From positions 100,502,001 through 100,566,000 of the forward strand of contig CM075978.1 in NCBI GenBank assembly GCA_038087875.1: 64,000 bases of DNA, in the 5' to 3' direction. This document shows, in pieces, positions 11,901-22,574 of this stretch. Position numbers and translations under genes: made by a program. Source of the DNA: Malacoraja senta (taxonomy: Eukaryota). Below the pieces are notes generated by a model. It was not told where the DNA came from. It did not search any database and saw only the letters and a program-made list of their open reading frames with translations. The first letter of the stretch is position 1, and each line of letters opens with the position of its first letter.

Positions 11901-14900
11901 GTTTTCATAGTCATACAGCGTGAAAACAGGCCCTTCGGCCCAACTTGCCCATACCGATCCATTTTCATGTATTTATTTATGCTTTCTAACGAATTAGACA
12001 GACAAATACACATCTGATGGCTATTTGTGGAGCATCACTTTTCTGCCCCGGCTCCTAACTCCAAGCTTACAGTCACACTTTACCTTAGTGAGTTAGCCTG
12101 AATCTGACCCCACCATCTTGTGCTCACCGAACTGGGCCCCATCCTTCAACATTATAACCTTCCAGGGACAACAATTAATTAAATAATTTCCTATTGGACT
12201 CGCTCATCCCCCACCCTCTTTGCTGTTACACCACTACACCTTCTAGTAACTGTTAATGTTCCTTGATTGGTAGCAGCATTGAGTGTAAAAGTCAGGATGT
12301 CATGCCAGGGATAATGGTGGAGGCAAATATAATAGTGGTGTTTAAGAGACTTTAGAGGCTTTTAGTTTGGGATATGTTTGACATGTAAGTAGAGAAGGTT
12401 AGTTTAATTTTGCAAAGGGCCGGTTCTATACTTCCTGACTATACTGTTTTATGATCTAATGAAGCACTTTCTGCTCCCTTTATCCCTCACATCCCCCTTT
12501 CTTCCTTCCCACCCTCCCCTCTCCCCTCCTCAGTGCCCCACCTGGACTCGCACATATTTCTCCCCTCCCCCTCCATCTACATTCCTTCCTCTGGCTTCAT
12601 AACTTCAATCATTTTGTCTCACATGGGCATGGAAATGAGTGACTGGGACGTTGTAGCCATGACTGAAACCTGGTTAAGGGAGGGGCAGGACTGGCAGCTC
12701 AATGTTCTGTGGTACAGGAACTTCAGGAGAGACAGGGCTGAGGGAAAAAGAGGACGGAGGTTTCATTGTTGGTTAAGGAGGATGTCACGGCTGTGTTCGG
12801 AGGTGACATTACGGACGGTTCGTCTAGTGAGGCTATATGGGTGCAGCTGAGGAACAAGAAAGGGATGGTCATCTTGTTGGGGGTGTGCTACAGACCCCAA
12901 AATAGTCAATGGGAATTAGAAGAAGAAATGTGCCAGCAGATTGCAGACAGCTGCAGGTCAAATATGGTTGTTGTAGTAGGGGATTTTAACTTTCCCAAGA
13001 GACTGGGAAAATCATAGCATGAAGGGTTTAGACGGGGTGCAATTCATCAAAAGTGTTCAGCAGAGTTTTCTTAAGCAGCATGTGGAGGCCCCCAGACATG
13101 AGAGGGAAAAGCTGGATCTAGTATTGGGAAAATGGGAAGTGCAAGTTAATGAAGTGCGTGTGGAGGAGCCTTTTGGACCAGAGTTCGATTATGTTTAAGA
13201 TAGTTATGGATAGGGACGGAGAGGGTCCTCGTGTTAAAATGCTCAACTGGGGTAAGGCCAACTTTGAGGGTATGAGAGAAGGTCGTTTGAGGGAAAAGGA
13301 ACATCGGCCAAGTGGAGTGACAGGCAAAGCAGGCAAACGTAAGGAAGCTTAGCAGACGAGGGAATTTGAGATGTTAAAAACAAGATTGAAGCATGGGACA
13401 GGTTTAGGCAACTGGGATCAAGTGCATCCCTGGCGGAGTTTCGGGAACTAAGTAGTAAACTAAAAATGGAAATCAGAAGGACAAAAAGGGGCCAGGAGAT
13501 AGCTCTGGCGGGTAGCATTAACAGAGCTGCCAAGTAGTACGGATTTTCCGTATTTTGTACGGAAATGCGATAAGAATACTGATGTACGATTTTGTGTTGT
13601 TAAATACGGATTTTAAATACGGTGTTCAGTTCAGTCTGAAGAAGGGTCTCGACCAGAAACGTCACCCATTCCTTCTCTCCAGAGTCGCTGCCTGTTCTGC
13701 TCCAGGTTTACACAGAGTGCTATCAGTTTAACACGTGGGAATTTAAACGAAGAGCTGTCGACTGCACGCTGTGGGTTCCAAATATAGTGCTGCCGGCTGG
13801 AGTGCTATGGGCTTTAAACATAGCGCTACGGGCTTTACTATGGCCACAGCGCTATGGGTCACAGACTGTTCAGGAAAATTCTCGTATAACAATGAGTCTT
13901 TGGAATTCTCTTTGAGCCTTTGATTCTTTTTCAGGCAGTGGTAGAATTCTGGATAAGCCTAGTGGTGAAAGGTTACCAGTGGGATTGCAGTTACATTGGG
14001 ATTGGCCTTGATTTTACAGAACGGCGGGTGGGCTCAAGGGGGAGAGAGGGAGGGGTGGAGAGAGGGAGAGAGGGAGGGGTGAAGAGAGGTAGAGGATGCA
14101 GAGGGGAGGGGGAGAGGGAGAAGGAGAGAGGGAGGGAGAGAATGAGGGAGGGAATAAGAGAGGGAGGGAGAAAAAAGGAAGGAGAGATAGAGAGGGAGGG
14201 AGAGAGGGAGGGAGAGAGGGGGAGGGGTGGAGAGGGAGGGGGAGGGAGGGTGAGGGAGAGAGAGGAAGGAGGGACAGGAAGGAGGGAGAGAGAGGGAGCG
14301 AGGGAGGGAGAGGGAGACTTCCAAAATGGATTCTACATCATCATCTGGTGCTAAAAGCAGGAAGCAGCCGTTCAAACAGCAGTATACAAAGAGATGGCAA
14401 TGAATGCACTGTTTAGTAAGGCGTGTAGAAGACATGTCAATTGGTAGCAAAGTTATGCATTCTTGTACTCTTACATGGGTATGGTCGCACATAAAAAATA
14501 ACATTTTTTTCAGCAAAACGTCACCGCATAAAAATACTGATTTCCTCAGCAAAATACTGATTTTCAGGTACTAGAATACTGAAATGCTCTGACAGAACTT
14601 GGCAGCTCTGCATTAAGGACAATCCCAAAAGACTTTATAAATACATAAGGGGGAAAAGGGTAACTAGAGAGAGAGTGGGACCTCTCAGCAATCAAAGCGG
14701 TCACCTCTGTGCAGCCACAGGAGATGGGCAAGGTCCTAAATGAGTATTTCTCCTCTGTATTTACTGAGGAGAATGACAGTAGGACGGAGGAAATTGGAGC
14801 AGTCACAGGAAGTGCCTTGAGAGCAGACAGGGTTACCGTCGAAGAAGTACTGAAGGTACTGTCGTGTTTGAAGGTAGACAAATTTCCAGGCTTGATCCGA

Positions 14901-17900
14901 TATATCCAAAGACATTACGGGAAACTGGAGAGGAAGTTGTGGGAGCCCTGATTGAAATTTACGAATGCAGGAGTGGTGCCTGAAGACTGGAAGGTGGCAA
15001 ATGTTGTGCCTCTTTTCAAGAAGGGCTGCAGGGAAAATGCTGGGAACTATAGGCCGGTGAGCTTAACATCTGTAGTGGTTTGTTACTGGAGAGTATTCTG
15101 TGGGATTCTCTCCAGTAACAAACAATTCATGGGCAGATAAGGGATAGTCAGCATGGTTTTGTACGTGGGAGGTCGTGTCTCACAAATCTGATTGATTTTT
15201 TTGAAGACGTGAACAAAAAGGTGGATGTGGGCAGAGCTGTAGATGTTGTGTACATGGACCTACACAGTTAATGGTAGGTCTCTGGGTAGTGTAGTGGACA
15301 GATCTAGGAGTGCAGGTGCATGGTTCCTTGAAGGTCGAGTCGCAGGTAAATAAGGTGGTCAAAAAGGCTTTTGGCACTTTGTCCTTCATCAGTCAAAGTA
15401 TTGAGTGTAGAAGTTGGGAGGTCGTGTTGCAGTTGTATAAGACGTTGGTGAGACTGCATTTAGAATATTGTGTTTAAGAAGGAACTGCAGATGCTGGAAA
15501 ATCGAAGGTACACAAAAATGCTGGAGAAACTCAGCGGGTGCAGCAGCATCTATGGAGCGAAGGAAATAGGCAACGTTTCGGGCCGAAACCCTTCTTCAGA
15601 CTGATATGGGGTGGGGGGGCGGGGAGAAGAAAGGAAAAATGAGGAGTTGGAGGGATGGGGGGATCACAGAGGGGGGGCAGTTAGAGAGGAGTTGTGAGAC
15701 TGTTTACTTTGAAGAAGTTCTCCTCCTCTCTCCGGAGACAGTTTCACAACCTCCTCTCTAACTGCCCCCCCACCCCCTATCAGTCTGAAGAAGGATTTAG
15801 AATATTGTGTTCAGTTCTGGGCACCATGTTATAGGAAATATATGGTCAAGCTTGAAAGGGTTCCGAAAATATTTACAAGGATGTTACCAGGACTAGAGGG
15901 TGTGCGCTACAGGGAGAGGTTGAGAAGGCTGGGTCACTATTCCATGGAGCGTAGGAGGATGAGGGGAGATCTTATAGAGATATACAAAATCATTGGAGGA
16001 ACAGAGGAGGGGAAATGTGGACCAGAGGACATAGGTTCACGGTGAAGGGGAAAAGATTTTATAGGAATCCGAGGGATAACTTTTTCACACAAAGGGTGGT
16101 GGGTGTATGGAACAAGCTGCCAGAGGAGTTAGTTTAGGCTGTGACTATCCCATCATTTAAGAAACAATTAGACAGGTACATGGATAGGACAGGTTTGTAG
16201 GGATATGGACCAAGCGCAGGCAAGTGGGACTAGTGCAGCTGGGACATTGTTGGCCGATGTGGGCGAGTTGGGCTGAAGGGCCTGTTTCCACACTGATCAC
16301 TCTGTGACTATGACAATTATCTGTTTTTTCATCTCTGGCCTTTGTCGAACCATCTTCCTGTCAAAACCCCTCACCTGTATTACCTATTACCTGTCATGCT
16401 TTGTCCTGCCCTTCCTCTCTTCTAGCTTTCTATCCTCCCCTCCCCCCCACACACAAACACAATCAGACTGAGGAAAATCCAGACCCGAAATGTCACCTAT
16501 CCATATTCTCCAGGGATGCTGCCTGACCCGCTGAGTTACTCCAGAACATTCCAGGCAGAGATTAGTTTAACTTGTCATCATGTTCGGCACAGATGCAGCC
16601 TGTTTCTGTGCTACACTGCTACACTGTTCTATGTTTTATTACAGACATTCACTTTGTTCCACCCCCTGCCCTCCCCCAGGTTCCTGGCTACTTAGACCAA
16701 CCTGGTCTCTCAGACTAACTCGCTTGCTCAGTTCTGATGAAGGATTTTCAACTTGCAGCATAGATTGCATCTCTCACCACAGATGCAGCCTGATCTGCTG
16801 AGTGTGTTCACCATTTTCTGTTTTTTATCCCAATCTGAGTTGTTTAGAGAATGCTATGATGGGGCATCTATGATGTGGCATCAAGCAAGCCTGTGTGTTT
16901 CCTTAAAATGATATAAGTAAATGCAGGTTGCATCTAAACTCTATATAAACATTCGATATTTTTCAGAACCATATAAAAAGTTGTCTTTGAAAATCTTGGG
17001 CGGTATTGTAGCCTGTGTCCTGGTATTCGTCCTCTTATTCATCATCTTAGCAATAGCAGTGTGCTATATGAAAAAATGGGTGTGCTTTCAACACATATTT
17101 AAACCCGAAGGGTGAGTATAATGTATTTTCACATCTTGCTTTAATATGATATTGAATTAAGCATGTTGGGCACAGGCGTTGAATCCAGCAAAGACCGGAG
17201 GAAAGAGTCGAAGAACATGGAAGTTTCGTGGGATGGAACAGTTCAGGCACGGTGGGGTTGCTGCCTTACAGCGCCAGAGACACAGGTTCGATTCTGACTA
17301 TGGGTGCTATCTGTTCTCCCCGTGACCTGCATGGGTTTGCTCCGGGTGCTCGTTTCCTCATACATTCCAAAGAAGTACAGGTTTGCAGGCGAATTGTAGG
17401 TAAAATGGTAAATTGTCCAAGTGTGTAGGATAGTGTTATTGTGCGGGAATCGCTGGTCGGCGTAGACTCGGTGGGCCGCAGGGCCTGTTTCCATGCTGGA
17501 TCTTAAACTAAATTAAGCTAAAACTTCAGTTATGTAGAGGGACTGGAGAGGCTGGGTCCCAATGCCAGCACATCCTTCCTCAGATATAGGGCCCAAACTG
17601 CTCATAATACGCCAAACACGGTCTGAGCAGTGTTAAAGAAGGAACTGCAGATGCTGGAAAATCAAAGGTACACAAAAATGCTGGAGAAACTCAGCGGGTG
17701 CAGCAGCATCTATGGAGCGAAGGAAATAGGCAACGTTTCGGGCCGAAACCCTTCAGTCTGAAGAAGGGTTTCGGCCCGAAACGTTGCCTATTTCCTTCGC
17801 TCCATAGATGCTGCTGCACCCGCTGAGTTTCTCCAGCATTTTTGTGTACGGTCTGAGCAGTGCCTTATAAAGCCTGACATTACAACCTATTTTGTATTGT

Positions 17901-20900
17901 AGCCCTCAAAATAAATGCTAGCTTTGCATTCACCTTCCGTACTACTGATTTGACTTGCAAATTAATCTTTTGTGAATCCTGCACCAGCACTCCCAAGTCC
18001 CTTTGCACCTCTGATTTCTGAATTCTCTCCCCATTTAGAAAATAAGACTATTTTATATGATTATTGAACAGCCCGCCACATTGCAGACCTTGCTTTAGAC
18101 TTTAGAGATATAGTGTGGGAATAGGCCCTTCAGCCCACTGAGCCCAGTGATCACTAACACTATCCTACTCACTGGGGTCAATTTACAATTTTTACCAAAG
18201 CCAATTAATCTGCAAACCTGTACATTTTTGGAGAGTGGGAGGAAATTGGAGCACCCGGAGAAAACCCACGCAGGTCACGGGGAGAATGTACAAACTTCGT
18301 ATGGACAACAGCCGTAGTCAGGATCGAATCTGTGTCTCTAGCACTGTAAGGCAGCAACTCTACCGCTGTGTAATTGTGGCGCCACTTCTTTTTTCTCTGT
18401 GGCCGTAAAGCTAAAATGCTATAACACCACATTTGTTTCTCTTTTATTTTTTATCTTTGCACCACCTGTTGTACTTGTATCTGCTTTGATTGTATTGTAT
18501 GATTTGACTGGATAGCATGTAAATAAAACTTTTCACTGTACCTCGGTACACATAAGAACAATAAACCAATACCAATGCAGTCTCGTTGTTGTTCTTCAGA
18601 GACATTCAACAAATATAAATAGTTCACTGACAGTGTGTTCTATATCATTTCCCTAGGAACTCTACTGAAGACCTGAACGCAGTTTATTCAACAGTTACAG
18701 GTGAAAAGTTAATTTCAGTACTCATATTGGGGATTTCTTCAAATGTTGGCTATGTTCAGTAATGATTCCAAATGTAAGAACATAAGAAACAGTCAAGGGA
18801 GTAGCCCATTGTTGCACCATTCTCAACGTAAACTATTCAACCTCTATGGCTTTTCAATTCCTTTAAATATACTCAACAAATTAGCTTCACAGTTCTCCGA
18901 CAGATAAATATAAAGATTCAAAGCACTCTTCAAAGAAAATTCTTCACAACAGTCTTCTTGCACTAACACCATATCTGAGTGAATCTGTGGAATCCGTTGC
19001 CATGGATGGCAGTGGAGGCCATGTCATTGGGTATTTTTAAATCGGGGATTGATAGGTTGTTGGTTAGTGAGGGTGTCAAAGGTTACAGGGAGAGGATGGG
19101 ATAATGGGGTTGAGAGGGAAATATTGATCAGCCATGATCGAATGGTGGAACTTGATGGGCCAAATGGCCTAAATCTGCTCCTATATCTTAGATCAATAGG
19201 GACAATTGGAATACATATCTCCTCTCTATTAGATCTTGTATCTGAACAATCTTATTCAAGCACTCAAGGTCTCCATCGAGGCAACTAAAATAGAGTTCTG
19301 GTCGATGTTTTGGGTCGTGATTATAGAGAGCAGATAGCCAATAGAAAGAGGTGAAGGGGAGGTGTGAGGCAGGGCAGGCAGTAATAGATAGAAACAGATG
19401 AAGAGAGGAAAGGGGCAGATGAGCCAAGTGAGGGGGCAGATGGTGGGAATAGAGGCTGAAAGCTAATGTGGAAACAAGAGATGCTGGAATCCTACAGACG
19501 TTGGAATCTGGTAGGTCAGAAGGTGATATGCGGAAACAATGGTTCAATAGTGCTTTTAATGTCACATTTGCAAAGTGCTAACACAATGAAATTATTTTTC
19601 ATACAAATAGTCCTGTAGAATATTGCCGATTCCTAATTAGCAAATGTACAGAAATAGTCTACTGGGCCTGCGTGCAAGAGGCGCCATCTAGTGGTGCTAT
19701 TTTAAAAGTCCTCGCTCTAGTTCTTATGAGCAGTGCCTGTTCCAGGCAAGTCCCAGGCTGTTGCAGATCTCCAGCGATTACCTTCCTTCGACGCCACGCT
19801 ACCTTATCAGATTCCAGCATCTGCAGTCTCTTGTGTCCCAAAAATAGAGCGCAGCCTGCCACCAAGTACTGCTGCCTCTGCCCTTCTCCACTAAATGGAC
19901 ACACCATCAGTCTTAAACGAATTATTGGATATATATCAATTCCTGCATCCTCCCGAAAGATGCCTGCTGTAAGTGACAAATTAATGGCAGAATTTTAGAA
20001 TGACCAACATTAACACATACTTTCAAATTTTAATCCATTTGATAGTGGCTGAATTTAAACCTATGATAGTGAACTAAAGGGCATATGTCCATGAATTAAT
20101 TAAATTATAATCCTTTACATTCAATTGAGAAGTTTACGGATCCACCAACTAAAATGCAGCTTCTACAATACTGCACTGAAGCATAGGCCTACGCAGTTTG
20201 TCTTAACTCCCTAAAAAGGGCCTGATCCACAGCCTGCAGACTCCAGAAGCAAGCCAGAAGTCTAGCCTTTAAGACATATGTGAGTCTTCTCATGCCCCTG
20301 TCAAGAATGAGAAACTCTACATACATATCACAGCACAATGGCGCAGTGGTAGAGTTGCTGTCTTACAGCACCAGCGACCTGGGTTCAATCCAGACTACGG
20401 GTGCTGTCTGTACGGAGATTGCACATTCTCCCTGTGACCATGTGGGTTCTCCCCAATTGCTCTGGTTTCCTCCCACACTTCAAAGACGTACACGTTTGTC
20501 CCTAGTGTGTAGGATAGTGTTAGTGTACGGGGATTGCTGGCCAGCGTATACTTGGTGGCTGAAGGGCCTGTTTCCATGCTGTATGTCTAAACTAAACATA
20601 TGTGTTCTGCAGAATGTTGCAGCTATCTGAATGCACTGGATAAGGGATGACAATAAGTTTGTATACCGCAATATGATTTCATTTTGATTATCACCCGTAT
20701 GTGACAACTCAACAGATTCTTATTTTATTTCAGTTGAAACCAAGACCAATACAGAACCGGCCACCAATGTCACTATGGTAAGTACCAGACATAAATACAA
20801 ACTGCTGGAGCAACTCGGTGGGTCAGGCAGCATCTGCGGAAAGAAATGGACAGGCGACATTTTGGCCCATGCCTTTAATTGAATGCCATTACTTCCTTTT

Positions 20901-22350
20901 TAGACCTATACAAGCCATCTCAGGTTTACAAATGTCCACCTTAAACCCTTACATATGAACAAGCTTCCATAAATATAATTATATTTAAAGTCTTACGTAC
21001 ATACATCACATTCATTCCTGTGACTAGTGGTGTGCCACAGGGTTTGATGCTGGGCCCGTTACTGCTTGTCATCTACAGCAATAATTTGGATGAGAACATA
21101 CAGGGCAAGATTAGCAAGTTTGCTGATGATACAAAAGTTTGTGGTTTTGCAGATAGTGAGGATGGTTGTGAATGATTGCAGCAGGATCTGGATCGATTGG
21201 CCGGGTGGGCGGAAGAATTGTTGATGGAATTTAATACAGAGAAGTGTGAGGTGTTGCATTTTGGGACGTTGAACTAGGGCAGGACCTACACAGTAAATGG
21301 TAGGCCTCTGGGTAGTGTAGTAGAGCAAAGGGATCTAGGAGTACCAGTGAATGGTGCCATGAAAGTCGAGTCGCAGGTAGATAAGGTGGTCAAAACGGCT
21401 TTTGGCACTTTGGCCTTCATCAGAGAGAGTATTGAGTATAGAACTTGGGAGGTCATGTTGCATTCAAGACGTTGGTGCATCAAGACGTTGGTGAGACCGC
21501 ATTTAGAATATTGTGTTCAGTTCTGGGCACCATGTTATAGGAAAGATGTTGTCAAGCTTGAAAGTGTTCAGAAAAGATTAACAAGGATGTTGCCAGGACT
21601 AGAGGGTGTGAGCTATAGGGAGAGGTTGAGTAGGCTGGGTCTCTATTCCATGGAGCGTAGGAGGATGAGGGGAGATCTTATAGAGGTACATAAAATCATG
21701 AGGGGAATAGATCGGGTAGATACACAGTCTTTTACCCAGAGTAGGGGAATCGCGGACCAGAGGACATAGGTTCAGGGTGAAGGGGAAACGATTTAATAGG
21801 AATCCAAGGGGTAACTTTTTCACACAGAGGGTGGTGGGTGTATGGAACAAGCTGCCAGAGGAGGTAGTTGAGGCTGGGATTATCCCATCGTTTAAGAAAC
21901 AGTTGGACAGGTACATGGATAGGACAGATTTGGATGGTTATGGACCAAGCGCAGGCAAGTGGGACTCGGGTAGATGGGACATTGTTGACTGGTGTGGGTG
22001 AGTTGGGTTAAAGGGCCTGTTTCCACACTGTATTACTCTATGACTATAACTAGTTTGCTCTCTTTTCCCCTTTTGGTAAATGTTCTTTCTTGTTCATCTT
22101 ATATGTTTTTGATGTCATGCGTTATAAACTGTGATGGTATGGAGTGATTTTGCTTATTTTCTGACTGATGGACAAAATCGGCTTATGGATTCAGCAGTCT
22201 CTTGTGCCTTTACATTCTGTTTTTCTGTTGCAGTCGGCGGAACCGGAGGTGTTGTATGCTGATATTCAGTTTGTACGACAGAATGCCAAAGCTCCAACCT
22301 TAGATGTCAGCGAGGAGACAACCGAATATGCTGCCATCAAACGTGCATAG
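5618..22350 (+). CDS. Multi-exon IgSF inhibitory receptor: 4 x VJ-type V domains, TM, ITIM/ITSM tail (exons 5618-5980, 6904-7248, 9033-9380, 11409-11753, 16967-17111, 18657-18700, 20734-20777, 22234-22350)
   Basis: All eight exons have AG acceptors and, except the last, GT donors. Phases 1-1-1-1-1-2-1-0 join into one open frame of 1752 nt including the split leader base, ending in TAG at 22348-22350. Confidence 0.88.
6904..7248 (+). CDS. Exon V2 (VJ-type Ig V domain)
   Basis: tttccctttcaag|TT...ACCA|gtgagt. LWC, DVHWYQELPGQ, DSAVYYC, IRGNGTQLNVT. Confidence 0.93.
8380..8810 (+). mobile_element. Highly degenerate CR1 RT fragment
   Basis: Remnants of VTSGVPQG-x-VLGP-LF and ISK(F)ADD motifs with stops and frameshifts. 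Confidence 0.55.
9033..9380 (+). CDS. Exon V3 (VJ-type Ig V domain)
   Basis: attcacacag|AT...ACTG|gtaagt. LQC, DVHWSQQRPG, LTI, DTAVYNC, IYGAGTQLNVT; one extra Cys (SGC). Confidence 0.93.
11409..11753 (+). CDS. Exon V4 (VJ-type Ig V domain, 95% identical to V2)
   Basis: ttttcccattaaag|AT...ACTA|gtaagt. 17 nt differences from V2 in 345 nt. Confidence 0.93.
13636..13663 (+). ncRNA. Penelope-type minimal hammerhead ribozyme core (stem II mismatch)
   Basis: CTGAAGA-A-GGGTC-TC-GACCA-GAAAC-GTC; the closing C of stem II is replaced by A. Confidence 0.5.
14036..14315. repeat. Polypurine (GA/GGAG)n low-complexity tract
   Basis: About 280 bp almost entirely G/A on the + strand. Confidence 0.9.
15475..15795 (-). 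mobile_element. Penelope-derived short element with hammerhead core and 16-bp TSD
   Basis: TSD tttagaatattgtgtt at 15459-15474 and 15796-15811. Minus strand 15599-15572 reads CTGAAGA-A-GGGT-TTCG-GCCC-GAAAC-GTT; internal inverted repeat. Confidence 0.75.
16967..17111 (+). CDS. Transmembrane exon
   Basis: tatttttcag|AA...GAAGG|gtgagt. KPYKKLSLK-ILGGIVACVLVFVLLFIILAIAVCYM-KK, uncharged TM. Confidence 0.9.
17246..17524 (+). mobile_element. tRNA-derived SINE (HE1/V-SINE-like)
   Basis: A/B-box-like head (ggttcgattc), conserved ttctccccgtgacc body, taaac-like tail; sister copies at 18093-18375 (-) and 20331-20597 (+). Confidence 0.75.
17633..17849. mobile_element. Palindromic Penelope-derived element (87-bp perfect inverted repeat) with TSD
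   Basis: Arms 17668-17754 and 17763-17849, loop agtctgaa. TSD ggtctgagcagtg at 17620-17632 and 17850-17862. Intact hammerhead core at 17758-17785. Confidence 0.85.
18093..18375 (-). mobile_element. tRNA-derived SINE copy
   Basis: Reverse complement of the 17246 and 20331 family. Confidence 0.7.
18657..18700 (+). CDS. Cytoplasmic exon 1 (NSTEDLNAVYSTVT)
   Basis: atttccctag|G...ACAG|gtgaaa; 44 nt, phase 2 to 1; contains AVYSTV. Confidence 0.78.
19680..19694 (-). promoter_or_regulatory. Candidate CTCF site
   Basis: Minus strand CCACTAGATGGCGCC matches the CTCF core consensus CCASYAGRKGGCR; motif evidence only. Confidence 0.45.
20331..20597 (+). mobile_element. tRNA-derived SINE copy
   Basis: tggcgcagtgg A-box, ggttcaatcc B-box, taaactaaac tail. 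Confidence 0.75.
20734..20777 (+). CDS. Cytoplasmic exon 2 (VETKTNTEPATNVTM)
   Basis: ttattttatttcag|TT...ATG|gtaagt; 44 nt, phase 1 to 0, bridging cyt1 and cyt3 in frame. Confidence 0.78.
21017..22050 (+). mobile_element. 5'-truncated CR1 LINE 3' end
   Basis: TSGVPQG, ISKFADDTK, LVRPHLEYCVQFWAP, DLIEVHKI; CR1 tail. Confidence 0.9.
22234..22350 (+). CDS. Terminal cytoplasmic exon with ITIM and ITSM
   Basis: ttttctgttgcag|TCG; SAEPE-VLYADI-QFVRQNAKAPTLDVSEET-TEYAAI-KRA*. Confidence 0.9.
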   Translation, partial: SAEPEVLYADIQFVRQNAKAPTLDVSEETTEYAAIKRA

Positions 22351-22574
22351 TGACTGACTAAAAGTCTGTCTTCAGGCTTCTTCTGGCTGGTATCTGTCAA
22401 CGACAGAACTCCGGAATGTCACAGATCTTCGTTCTGGTTCTTAGGCATATGCCTCAATATTTTCTTAACCTTAATCTCACATAAAGTGATAGCCTACAGA
22501 TTGGTCTACCCCTGCCACATTTATTCTATTAATGTAGTTTCCCAGTCTACCCAACAACTCACAACTCATACATT

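Larger units (their letters stand above)
13522..14610. mobile_element. Non-autonomous DNA transposon with 13-bp TIRs and 6-bp TSD
   Basis: CAGAGCTGCCAAG (13522-13534) and CTTGGCAGCTCTG (14598-14610), flanked by cattaa on both sides. Removing it restores CR1 LAGSIKDNPK. Confidence 0.85.
12622..16314 (+). mobile_element. CR1 LINE ORF2, interrupted by a TIR element and a Penelope-derived element
   Basis: APE motifs VVAMTETWL, GVCYRP, VVGDFNFP; RT-region NVVPLFKKG...GNYRPVSLTS; 3' end DLIEIYKII and CR1-type tail. Confidence 0.88.

Noticed and set aside
13920-14552. Glu/Arg/Gly-rich and Leu/Ser/Pro-rich ORFs
   Set aside because: Translations of the GA polypurine tract.
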